64,000 bases of DNA from Lepidodermella squamata (taxonomy: Eukaryota > Animalia > Gastrotricha). Shown one piece after another: positions 36,891 to 48,614 of the stretch (the first letter of the stretch is position 1; every line of letters starts with the position of its first letter). Made by a program: the position numbers and the translations under genes. The notes under the pieces are model-generated. The model had not been told where the DNA came from, made no database searches, and saw only the letters and a list, made by a program, of their open reading frames with translations. The stretch lies in the NCBI GenBank assembly GCA_047495785.1, contig JBLDXI010000012.1:930001-994000 (forward strand). Reading direction: 5' to 3'.

Positions 36891-37292
36891 CCCTTAGCCG
36901 CCGAAGATGTGTACACGCGTTAATTCCGGAGAAAATTCACCGTGGTCGGAGGATTTGGGCTATCGAACCCATTGTTGCGTCATAAATTATGATAAATCAA
37001 TAGCAAGAAACAAGCACTCCCAGAAAATCCAAATTTTCAAAGCCATTCTGACCAGGTCGAAAATAGTGAGAAAAGTTTTAAATGACTTGTTAACACGTCA
37101 TGAAAACGCGTTAACACGTCATAGCAACGGCAACCCAGGTAAATTTCTTCTGAAAAAGAGGTTCGGCTTTCAATCTAAGGCTAAATGCAAGACTTTCTGC
37201 CGACTCAGAATTTGATTTTAGCCTCTTCTTGATTTTCTGGGATTTTCTGAAAGGTGCTCGAGTTAACACGTCATTGCGCAGGCGGGTAAGGG
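36891..37292. mobile_element. piggyBac-like MITE
   Basis: TTAA-CCCTTAGCCGCC...GGCGGGTAAGGG-TTAA with internal TTAACACGTCAT repeats. Absent from the duplicate near 49440. Confidence 0.85.
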
Positions 37293-37848
37293 TTAAATTG
37301 CAAGTTCAAATTTCTAGTTCAAATGAAAATAAGAGGTCGATACCTCAGCACGCCGAGCTCTATTCATAATCGCGACTGCAAGACATACAAAAATGGGGAA
37401 CGGCTCTCCCTGGAATTTTCCAAAACCTGGAAATATTTTGTAAATTTCCTGAAAAAACCCCTAAATTCCATGCATTTTTAGGCGTTTTTCAATACTCCTT
37501 AGCGACGATTTTTGCGCGCTGCGCCAGCAAACCATTTTTTCAAATATGCTCTTCAAAAACATAGTCATAATAATCCGCTTAAAATCTGGAAAATATCGGG
37601 ATGTTCCCTTTTCTTACAAAATATATGCCTAAACAGGTTTGGTGAGGCATAGCTTCATTTCGCCGGTCATTTTGAGCTGAAAAACTGATAATGAAAGTAC
37701 CAACAAAAATCTCAAGAACTGATTGTGATACTTTATTGCTGCGCAGCTTTCGCACAATCGCACAACAGAAGGCATATGGAAAAACGTATTGAGAAAAAGT
37801 CAAAACAGAAACAAAGCCAGCAGATAGTTTTAAAAAATGCAATCCTGT

Positions 37849-38852
37849 TTAGACGAAAGCGCTATAATCGAAAATGTTATCGTTGAGGAAATCCATGAAT
37901 TCAGTGACTCGAGTATAGACGCCGAGTCTATTTTTCTCAGCGCAGCTGCGGCCGAAGGAAGTCACCCCATGAAGCACCCAGTTGTCGTTCGGACCAACCT
38001 TGCACACAAGCGGGCCTCCAGCGTCACCTTTGCAGCTATCGCGTCTTCCTTCTTCATAGCCGGCACATATCATGCGAGAAGCAATTTCTGGATAAAATCG
38101 AACTTGGTGCTTAAGTCTGCGAGTAAATAAGCAGCAAACAATAACTTGATCGGAGGGATCCTGATAGTAGCACTGGTCATTAGCCATGATGGGTACAGCT
38201 ACCTCATTCAGCTCGTAATCAATACCTGTTCCCTTAGTGTCGCCAAAACCAGTGACGTAACATGTTGTGCCAACTGCCAGCTGGTCTGATGTGTTGAAAG
38301 GCAGGCAAGCTGGATGGACCCATTTATTGAAGGTGGCACCGGGTGTATTGAGACGCATGATTGCAAGGTCACAGTCATGCAAGGTTATGTTTCCGTAATT
38401 CGGATGAATAATTCATGATTATGATGGTTTCGGCCACCAAAAGCTGGACTTTCTCGTTGCTCGAGTCATCAAAAAAGTACGCCCTATTTGTCCCCACCCA
38501 AAGTTCAAAATCTTCAGGATTATTCGATCTGATAAACATCTTCGCTGCGGTGATGATATGACGTGGTGAAATGAGAGTTCCCCCGCCAATCATAGTTCGG
38601 CCTTTATACTTCACCACGACTTGCCACGGCCACGAATGCGGTCGGGAGGCTTTGCCACCAACGACTCGCCTTTGCCCAACGATGATTTCGTGATCGTAAA
38701 ACGGTTTGCCACAATTAGGTAAGATTTGTAGTCGTGTCCGTCGCTGTGCTGCTGGTCGGATCGGTTGACGGGAGGTCAGCTTCACCGCCCATCGACACCC
38801 CAAGTTGGCAAAAGCTCGCAAGAGCAATCAACAGCAAGCAGAAAAGTTTCAT
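37849..38852 (-). pseudogene. Frameshifted trypsin-like serine protease homologue, copy A
   Basis: The signal peptide MKLFCLLLIALASFC is out of frame with RVVGG..SWPWQ. A second shift lies near 38410 and a 4-bp deletion near 38078. Motifs are TAAKM and GDAGGP. Confidence 0.8.
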
Positions 38853-38916
38853 ATTTTGGATAATTAAAATGGGAAATGTGTATCATTGTGGAACCACTGG
38901 TAAGTTGAACTGTGGC

Positions 38917-39190
38917 GCGCACGCTGATTGGTCAATTTATCGTTGCTAATGACTCCGGAATGAAACAATTTAGTCGTGCGATCCACTAATAAATTATTGT
39001 ATATTTATGCAAAAAATGACCTTGCCACACCCTCTGCACGGTTTCCATTGACCACGAGCGTAAACTCCATATTAATGGTGGTAAATTGCTGCGGCAAAAA
39101 ACACTTGTGGCAAAAAATCTTATGGTTCGCACGACCAACATGTTTCATCCGGGAGTCATAGCAACGATCGATTGACCAATCAGCGTGCGC
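38917..39190. repeat. Imperfect long inverted repeat (old MITE-like); duplicate at 51097-51370
   Basis: gcgcacgctgattggtcaat...attgaccaatcagcgtgcgc arms, with about 70 bp or more of imperfect pairing. Confidence 0.65.
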
Positions 39191-39223
39191 ATTCGATTGG
39201 ACTTTTAAGTGGTCACACAATGT

Positions 39224-39470
39224 CAAGTGATGTTAAGTACCGGATGCTGAACTTCTGACTCCTCCATAATAATTTTCTCGCGCCGTCGAACCATTTTTTG
39301 CAAATGCTAAAAATAGTAACAAAATCTTCGATATATAGTGATTTGCTGTAAAGCTAAAGCTAAAAATAGAACATGTTACTATTTTTAGCATTGCAAAAAG
39401 TGGTTCGACGGCGCGAGAAAATTATTATGGAGGAGTCAGAAGTTCAGCATCCGGTACTTAACATCTCTCG
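39224..39470. mobile_element. hAT-like palindromic MITE with 8-bp TSD CACAATGT
   Basis: About 95-bp inverted arms, with the direct repeat cacaatgt at 39216-39223 and 39471-39478. Confidence 0.85.
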
Positions 39471-39739
39471 CACAATGTATGTCAAAACACTTTGTGTTGA
39501 GTGTTAAGTGTTGAGTTCCGATGAGCCTTGCCATTACCTTTACATCATTAAGCGAATCATAAGGCGACAACAGGTGCTGATGTCGCATGGCTTTTGTATA
39601 CTCTCATGCCCAATCCGCGCGATAATTAAACTTAATTAGCAACACCATGGGCGTCAGCTTTTTATTCATCAGCGGCTTGGAGGTATGGGAAAACAATTTC
39701 CATTTTCTATGGAAGCTGGAAGCGGCTCTGCTTTGACAT

Positions 39740-39838
39740 CTTCCGAATATTGGTCGACGGTTCAGACGTCCGCCGCTGCAACTGGTGACTAACTTAGCCT
39801 TCACCGCGGCGGCCCGGGTTCGATTCCCGGTCGGAGAA
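39740..39838 (+). pseudogene. tRNA-Glu-like pseudogene with intact 3' half
   Basis: TTCAC-CGCGG-CGGC-CCGGG-TTCGATT-CCCGG-TCGGAGAA followed by TTCTTTT. The 5' half is aberrant, with about 22 extra nt in the anticodon loop. Confidence 0.55.
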
Positions 39839-40589
39839 TATTCTTTTCCGAGGGTAACTACATCTTAGTCTGGAGTTAAACGGCGAGCGTCGCAAAAAAC
39901 CACACTCACTCAGTTTTTTGCGAATGTCGCTCAGCCACCATTTTCTTATTGACAAGCATTAATGTCTTTCGTTCCATGTTTCAAAACTGGCAGGGCTAAA
40001 TTTTGCCACATTCGGGACGCCTACAACGCAAAAGCCGAGTGCTGTGTTGTGCCACGCTTCGCCCAAGACAGTAAAGACATCGTCGGTGTAGACTTGAATC
40101 ATGATGCATAGTCGGTACCAGACACCGAGAGAAGGTTGGCAGTATACAACGTGTATAAAAGCGGAACCCTGTGGTTTACAGTGATGAAGGAGCCGGCGAC
40201 AAGAGGCTGATGGAGTCGGCCAGCCGACGGTGTTAGCGGTGGGCAAGCTTGTGCATTAAAACAGCACGCCATAGGCAGAATCGTGAAGACTACGTTACAA
40301 TCTCACTAAAAATCGTTAGACTTTTTTGGCTGATATGCCGCTCACCCAAACTTTACTTCATTCACTTCAGTAAAAAGTATGTTCAAATTTAGAGGGCTGT
40401 GATCGAAAAATAAAGTATTATAAATTTATAGTGCGATTTATATTTTTTATATTGCACATAAACTTGATGATTTATCGACGCTTTTATATCAACGCCTGTC
40501 TTAATCGACATCATCCAAACAATTGTTTTTATTTTCAAATATAGAATTGTCCCCAGAAATATAGGTCGAGTAGCTTTGACAATTCGATA

Positions 40590-42010
40590 TTTTACGGTAT
40601 AACATTCGTAAATCGTTCATATCTGAACTCGCCGCACTCGATTTACTCATCGCAACTCGCCTCCGGCTCGTTCCGACTCGTAAATCTCGGGCGGCTCCGT
40701 ACAGATATAAACGTTTTACTCATGTCATACCATACAAATATAACACTGTGTCTATATTTTTAACCTTGAAACACAAATCTATATTTTTTCATACTTCAAA
40801 TATAGATTTGAATATGAACTATATTTCTGATCTATGTCTGAAATATAGATTCAGGTCTATCTATATTTTTGACCTGGAAAATCTATATTTTGAATATAGA
40901 TGCCCATTTCCAAGGCCAATACTTCCGAGGTCTTGAAACAGCTTATTCTAACGGAAAAACACAGGGATATAGTTTTCGCTACGCAATTTATTATGAAAGA
41001 AAATGGAGAAATTCGATTTTGAGAATAATTTAGACGGGGACAGCTTGGCAGTCGGGCTGCAAAAATTGGCCGTAGGAACCAGAATTTCTCAGAAAACTCC
41101 GGAAAATCGGGCAGCATTTCGTCCCCGCTGTGCATGAATTCGCAGCGATTCGTGGGTCGGATCGCGCAGAAGCAAGTCGTCTCCTTAGATCGATAGAACG
41201 CGCCGGGAACACTGAGCAGAAAATCCAGAAAATCGGACAGCATTTTGACCCCAATTCGCAGAAATCACCACCTTGAAACTTGATTGAACTTGGAACACTC
41301 TGCCGCAGCGACAGTTCCGATTCGATCACGTTGAAAACATCGACGTACCAAACACCGTTGCGACGCGCTTATCCGAAACTGAGCAATTTTCAACCACCAG
41401 AGATGAAGTTCCGACGGACTGCTTGACCTTCTTTCATCGCCACCAAACGTGTCGTTCAAATCGAACCAGTTTCTTCGGATTGTAAAGGCGCGTGGTTTTC
41501 GCGAACGTTGATTTCGAATTTCGAAGGAACCAGGTTTCAGGGTTGATGGTTTATCGAACAATTCGGCTTCAATTGCGGCAGCTTTGCCAATCGGAGCAGA
41601 ATTCTGGGAGCATTTGTTCGTGAAATTCGAGCAGAATTCCGGTCGGACAGAAAATCGACTCTCAAAACGAGACGAAATTCGAACGAATGAGAAAAATGAG
41701 CGAGAATGAATAGAAAGCCATTTTTCAATGAAATTTTAATTTGGATTTTTTATTATTTTTTATTTTGCGTTGCGAAAAATATAGACACCGTGTAATATTT
41801 TACGATACAACATTCGTAGAAACCTATATTTTCGTGAAGCACTCGTATAGATCTCGTAAAACTCATTCACCTCGTGAAATCTCGTCTCCACTCGCCTGCC
41901 GGCTCGTTCCGCCTCGATTTCACTCGTTTCATTCGTTTTACTCGATCTATATTTCGTGCTTCACTCAAATATAGATTCCTACTCATGTTATATCATACAA
42001 ATATATCCCT
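40590..42010. mobile_element. Putative non-autonomous DNA element bounded by diverged direct repeats (possibly Crypton-like); duplicate at ~52765-54130
   Basis: Related blocks ttacgRtaYaacattcgta...ctcgcct(g)ccggctcgttcc...tactcatgt..catacaaatata at 40590-40747 and 41800-42010. The region is absent from the older unit near 29900. Confidence 0.4.
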
Positions 42011-42947
42011 TATCGTGTCAGATATACATGGTATTGCAATATTACCTGACATGCGCGACCCAACGAAACCTAGCACTAGGTTTGTACGGCAATAAGTGAT
42101 CGCCAATCAATCTAAAATAGAGCATTATCTTTAATATTTGAATCTCAATTATCCCCATCTCGGATTTCCCCGGCAAAAATCCTGGGTAAAGTATAGACCA
42201 AGGGCTGTCGTTCCATATAATTCAACGAGACGGGAACTTTGCCATGTCGGATGTAAAAAATCGTGGAAAAAGTGCGTTATCACTAAAAACAAGTCTAAAA
42301 ACAAACAATCACTAAAAATTTCATCGAAATCCGAGATGGAGCTGATTGAGATTTAATTAATTAAAGATAGTGCTCCATTAGATTGATTGATGCTCACTTT
42401 TTGCCGTACACACATTATTACCCTCATCTAGTGATTTCTTTGGGCACGCGACCCAAAAAGAAAAAAATCGTGATGAGTCATCTCGGCACACATAAATGTA
42501 CTAGCGTGTCCATAGAGCTGTCCATAGAGCTAGTTTAAAACTAGCGTGTCAGATCTACAGTATTTATTTATCTATGGTGTGCGTACGCCATTGTGTTGCT
42601 GCTAATAATTTATTCATACTATACATAGGTAAATTGTATGGCCATGAAAAACGCCGTGTATATTCATGCTAAAAATGTCCGAATATAATACAGACTCCTG
42701 AAAAAATTGTCCGGATTTGGTTTGAAAAACAACCCCATGAGACTATTAAAAGGACTGAAACTATCAAAAAGAACACAGTTTCGTTCTTGATTCCTAATTG
42801 CTATATCCATAAAACATAACCGGGTTAAATTGCCAACCTGGTTATTGAATTGCGTTTTATATCGACCTGCGAAGTAAGAGAATTTGAGCAGCTCCAGTAA
42901 AACCTGTTTTACAAATTTTGACGAAATTGAAATCTGCAGGCCTCTAT

Positions 42948-44763
42948 ATGTTCTTGTTACTAGCCAGTGGTGTAGTGGTTTTCATTCTTTTTGGATGGAA
43001 ACGCTACATTTTAGACCGCAGATATCGCCTACCACCCGGGCCGTTGCCTCTTCCATACATCGGCAGCTTGTATCAGATGGCTTTGCACGGAGCCAAGTCA
43101 AAATTATGGCAAAAGATCGCTTCATTAGGAGAGAAATACGGACCAATCTACACCTTCTATTTCGGGCCGATTCGCATGGTTGCCCTGAACGATGCCGAGA
43201 TGATACAACAAGTCCTTGTCCTCCAGGGAAAGACGTTTCAAGGGCGCTATGAGCCATTCATTCCCGGGGCAAAGAAATTGTTCAAGGGCATAGTCTTTTC
43301 GAATAATGACAGATGGCGGAAGCATCGCAGATTCGGTCTCAAAGCTATGCGAGATTTTGGTAATTTATTTTTGTAACTCAAGTCACCTTCTCTTCTCGTC
43401 TTCTCCCATTCGTAGTCCTATTGTTTTCTTTTATATCCCGATTGTTATTTATATATAAATATTTTTTCTTATACCAGAAGTTTATCACCACTTGCTATCT
43501 TGATAAAAGTTGGATAGAAGTTATAAGAAGGGATATAGGTCTTAACGTTTTTAATTCTCAGTTCCTTTTCCTATTCCCAAGATTATCCATTTAATATCAG
43601 TTTCGCAACTCCTTATTGTGACTCTAACTTCGGCTATTTGTTTCATCCAATAAGGAATGGGTAAGGATATCATGGTTGCGAAAATCCAGGAAGAGGCGAG
43701 ATTCCTTCTAGAGGACTTCGAGATCGCAGCAAAGGCAGAAGAGGGGTTGGATCCTGCAATGATCAATTTCTATGCAGTATCGAATGTCATTTGCTCGCTC
43801 GTATTCGGAAAGCGGTTCGACAGAGACAACAAAACTTACCAGAAATTGATATCACTGATTAAAAAATTGACAAGTCAAACTCTGGCTGAGCAAGGTGCAT
43901 TTCTACTCATTCCTTACCTGGAAGAAGTAGCGGATTCGAGTCAAACAAAAAACTCGCTTATTTTTATGGCACTTCTTGACAACGTTATTCGCGAAGCTGT
44001 CGAAGAACATCGGCTAGACTACAACCCTGAAAATATCCGCGATTTTCCGGATCTGTTCATCGAAGCGGAGAAGCAAGGCGAGCCGTTCTCGTACAAAGAC
44101 TACAGAGAAATCTTGGGCGACATGTTAGTCGCTGGAACTGACACGACATCTGTAGCCCTGACTTGGACGCTGTTCCATCTATCGAAATATCCCGAGGTCC
44201 AGAGGAAATGCCAGGATGCTATTGATAAAGCGATTGAATCAGACCGTCTGCCAACTCTGAGTGATCGCGCTAATATGGCCTACGTCGATGCTGTCATGTG
44301 CGAAGCGTTGCGATACGCGTCTTTGGCGCCCACGGCTCTTTTTCATACGAATTTGGATGAACCAGCGAAAGTTGCAGGTATGTTATAGAAATGGCTTAAT
44401 ATCTTTTGTTACTCATTTTTTCCAGGCTTCGACATACCTCCTTATACCATGGTTATGTATAACATAGCTGCAGTTCACCATAACAGAAACTACTGGAAGG
44501 ATCCGGAAGTGTTCAGACCCGAGCGATTTCTGGATTCCAACGGGAAATTACTGAGCCATCCCAGCCATTTCTTCCCATTTGGCCTGGGTCCTCGCATTTG
44601 CTTGGGCGAAGGACTTGCTCGAGTTGAGTACTTCATCTTCCTGACAGCTGTTCTGCATCGTTACTCGTTCGAACTGATATCGAAGGAAGTCGAGGCCTGC
44701 GATGGGCCCGATGGTCTCGTTCTTCAGCCTCCAAAATTCAAGCTGAGAGTCAGCAGTCGCTGA
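42948..44763 (+). CDS. Cytochrome P450 clan 2, copy 2 (3 exons)
   Basis: All P450 motifs intact, with GT-AG introns. Confidence 0.92.
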
Positions 44764-45197
44764 AATTGCAATTGGATAAATTTTTCAGTGCGATCAGGAC
44801 TTTCTTTTTATTTTTAAAAACAGAAAAACAGTAAAATGTTGCGGAGAGCTATTCATTTCCAAAACGACCAACTCGATAGTTCCCATGCAACGTGAAAATC
44901 TTTAGATAATTCAGAATAAGTGCCTCGTTTCAATTCTGCCGTGATTTGACCGAATATCATTCGTTGGAGCTAATCAATTTTCACGGCGAATTTCGTCAAT
45001 TAGTTGAATGATCTGTTCTCAAAAAGAAACCAATATCCAAACTAATCAATGCACTTCTGTCATTAGTGATCAATCGAATGCGCCTCAGAAAATGATAGGG
45101 TGTTGTATAAAAGCTTGGACAGATTTCGACCAAAGGCATCATTGACAATCCTCTGAAATTAAAGATTCATCTTTTCCGTCAAATTCAACATATCAGA

Positions 45198-45787
45198 ATG
45201 CGCGCTCTCCTAGTTTTGGCTGCTGTCGCCCTCATGTGCCTTGGTAAAAATCAGAATCATGCCATCATTACCCATTGCATTTATGTTCAATTTCAATTTC
45301 AGCTTTCACCAGCGTCGAGGCTGGCCGTGGTAACAAGGGCAAAAGTGTCTCGAAGAGCGTCTCGATCAGCGTGTCCTACAACCGGCAGCCGAAGAAGCAC
45401 GCGATGAAGAAGCGCCCGGCCAAGAAGGCCTTCGTCGCTGGGCGCAAGCACCGCCGTGCCTCGTTCTCCAAGTCTGTGTCCGCGTCGGTGTCGGCCCGCA
45501 CGAACAAGCACACCCGCAAGGTCTCCACCAAGAAGTTCATGCGCGTGCACAAGCGCGGATCCATGTCCGGCTCGTACTCGCGCTCGAACTCCTTCGGCGG
45601 CTACAACAAGAAGCATGGCAACAAGCGCCACGATGGCAAGAAGTTCGGCGGCAAGAAGTTTGGCGGAAAGAAGCACGGTGGCAAGAACGGCAAGGGTCGC
45701 AAGGGCAGCAAGAGCGGCAGCTACTCGGCCTCCAACAACTTCTCCTACTCGGTCGCCGTCGAAACCGGTGCTGCTCCCAGCAAATAA
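45198..45787 (+). CDS. Secreted basic (Ser-X)n protein, copy 4; exons 45198-45243 and 45303-45787
   Basis: TATA at 45106, signal peptide MRALLVLAAVALMCL. Confidence 0.88.
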
Positions 45788-46136
45788 ATGATTTCAATGA
45801 AAAACCTTGCTTCAAAGATGATAATTTATTCCATGATCTGAAGAATAAAAACAAAAATTCGCTAAATTCTGTTTTCCTGTTTTCCTGCAAGCCTCTCTTA
45901 TTTGATTTTGGCGAGCGTCGCCGAAATTGTTTTTGTGACACTCACTCAGTTCCTTGCGACGGTCTTTTAGCGACTACTTTGCTAGTCGAGAATCAGCGTA
46001 TTGTTGTCTTTCGTTCATCTTTCGAAATTGGAAGGGTTGAATTTTAGCCGCACCAGCAAAAGTCGAGGCTTTGCCCAAGACAGTTAAGAAATCGTAGGCG
46101 TAGGCTTGAAGTATGATGCTGTCAGTACTGTACTGA

Positions 46137-46637
46137 CAGCGTTGGAAACAAGCCCGGTCGACCGGCGCCGTTCCCGGTCCGTTCCCGTTCCAGGTCCGGT
46201 ATGGGTCTCAAAAAGCGCCACCGGTAGACCGGGAAAAGTAGAATTTTCAATTTAGCAGGCTGGCCGTGGGAATAATGTGGGGAAAAAAATCCACAGAAAA
46301 ACTAGATTCTCATGTTTTGCTCACTATTTTGAGCATTTGTGCGGCAGTGCAAAGCTTCGCAAATTTATTGGATGGTTGGGCTGGTTCGCGGCTTCCCAAA
46401 GTATTATACTGAACTCGATCGAAAGACCTCGAGAGTATTAGAAGGCTCCTAACATGGATTGATCATTGATCTGATTTTTTAGGTGAATTAAGAAATGTTT
46501 AAAGTTTGGTATCATGTTTTTGCTGTTCTAAAACCCGTAGAATGCGTTCTAAAACAGTTCCCGGCCCGGTCCAGTTTGACTTCCACCTTTCGTAGGTCCG
46601 GTATCGGTCTGCAAGACCCTACCTGTTTCCAACACTG
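46137..46637. mobile_element. hAT-like non-autonomous element inserted in the decayed gene remnant
   Basis: TIRs CAGCGTTGGAAACA / TGTTTCCAACACTG, GC-rich CCGGT subterminal repeats, and cagtac duplicated on the flanks. Confidence 0.75.
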
Positions 46638-47334
46638 CCAGTACAAGAGGCCGCAAGATGGTCGGCCTTGCACAACACGTGTACAAAAGCGGAACACCGT
46701 GGTTTACAGCAATGAAGCGAGAGCCGGCGACACTAGGCTGGATTCACGTAGATAGTCGGCCAGCCGACGGTGTTTCTCGTATGCGTAAATGTATGGCCAT
46801 GACAAACCGGCGCTGCTCCATCTAAATACATGCTTTTTTTGTGCGAAAGGCATTGAATAATATTTATAGGATCATGCTCGCCGTCTGAATCAGGCGGCTG
46901 GCTGAAGCCATAGGTATTAAATAACGATAATTTATTCCAAAGTCTCAGGTTGAAAATAAAGTTACTATGGTAGCCAGTTTGTTCCTAGTTATGAACAACG
47001 ACCTGAGATTTTCATGCCTTGACTTCACGCACCGCAATAACGATTGATTTGAACACAGCAAGCGCGCGTCAGTTCAAATGCTTGAAAAACGCGTCATTGT
47101 TCAAAGGTATTTCGACACAAATGATTCCTATTGGAGTCGCGTGTGATGTGAAAGCACGAGCCGATATGGGTCTGTGTTTGCGAACGTTAATCGCGTGGCA
47201 TTTTATCGACGCAGGGCCTATAAAATTAGCTTGATTGAGCACGACTGAATCATCACCTGCTTTTGCAATTTAAAGCTCATAGCAATTTTTCGCTTTCATT
47301 TTCGTTCGTGTTTTGATCCTCCTCAAACTCTAAA

Positions 47335-48614
47335 ATGGCCTGCTCGTACAACTTCCAACCGACCCTGTCGACCGTCGCTCCCTCGATCGCCGGCTACTCG
47401 AGCCCGATGAACGTCGAGAGCCTACTCCGCAGCAAGGCCGGCATCTACTCGCCGTCGTCTGTTGAGCGCAGCCTCATCAACGCCGCCGTCCCGACCCCGT
47501 TCGCCGCTGCTGCTGGCATCCACAACGTCAACGCCTTCGCCTCGTCCCCGATCGAGTGCGGAGCCGAGACGGGCCGCGTCTTCGGTGCCGAGTGCGGTGC
47601 CCAGCTGGCCGCCATCGTCGCCGCCCGCCTCAACACCTTCGTCGGCCAGGAGGTGGCCGTCCGCATCGGCGCCCAGTGGGGAGCCGAGATGTGCGCCAAG
47701 CTGGGTGCCGAGCTCGCCGTCAAGCTCGTCAACGGCTGGCCGGTCGAGCAGTGCGCCCGCTGGTGCTACACCTTCGGAGCCGAGCACGGCGCCGAACTGG
47801 GTGCCATCATCGCCCAGCGCCTGGGTGCCATCTACACCGCCGAGTTCGCCGCCCGCATCGGCGCCGAGCTCTTCGCCGACGTCTGCGCCAAGCAGTGCTA
47901 CGTCATCGCCGCCCGCGTCGCCGAGTCGCGCTTCGGTGGTGCCCCCAACAACTGGACCGGCTCGTTCGAGCGCTTCGGTGGCATCAACTACCCGACCACC
48001 TTCGGCCCCTTCGGCGCCAACACCTGGTCGAACACCCTGTCGGCTGACAACAAGCTGTACAACATCGCCTTCCGCCCGTCCTCCGAGGTCGAGCTCTACA
48101 CCCTGACCCACCCGATCCGCATGATCGACGTCGAGGGCAACCGCCAGCTGTACCTGTGCTTCGAGCTCAAGGGCTTCAAGCCTGAGGAAGTCACTGTCAC
48201 CCTGAACAAGGCCGAGCGCGCCGTCGTCGTCGAGGCTGCCCACGAGTCCAAGGACGGCAAGGAGCACACCGTCGCCCGCAAGTACTCGCGCAAGTTCGTC
48301 CTGCCCGAGGTGAGATTTCTTAGCTCCTCTAACTAATATCCCTAAATTCGTCTCAATTTCAGTCTCTGTCCAAGATCGACCTGACCAAGGTTGAGCTCAA
48401 GTCGTGCCTGACCCAGGAGGGCCACCTCGTCGTCGAGTGCCAGCTGCCGAAGATGACCACCGAGGAGATCGCCAAGTGCCCGACCATGTCCGAGCTGTAC
48501 AACAAGCTGCCCGCCTTCGGAGGCTTCAACGCCGCCGTCCAGGCCTTCGGCGGCATCAACGGCGTCAACTGCAACGTCAACCACGTCAAGCCCGTCACCG
48601 TCAAGACCGCCTAA
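47335..48614 (+). CDS. GAE-repeat sHSP, copy 3; exons 47335-48309 and 48363-48614
   Basis: Near-identical coding sequence with three short in-frame deletions relative to copy 1. It has a different promoter, with TATA at 47219. Confidence 0.9.

Larger units (their letters stand above)
36017..45790 (+). repeat. Segmental duplication unit A, near-identical to 48615-57910
   Basis: Colinear match with the offset stepping 12598 to 12180 to 12120 through a few indels. ORF-track translations are identical over most of the block. Confidence 0.95.

Noticed and set aside
38400-38730. Programmed frameshifting in the protease homologue
   Set aside because: There is no slippery site, and several independent lesions fit pseudogenisation better.
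40857-41728. Overlapping minus-strand ORFs as a transposase or tyrosine recombinase
   Set aside because: No catalytic motif was recognisable, so it is kept only as a low-confidence element.
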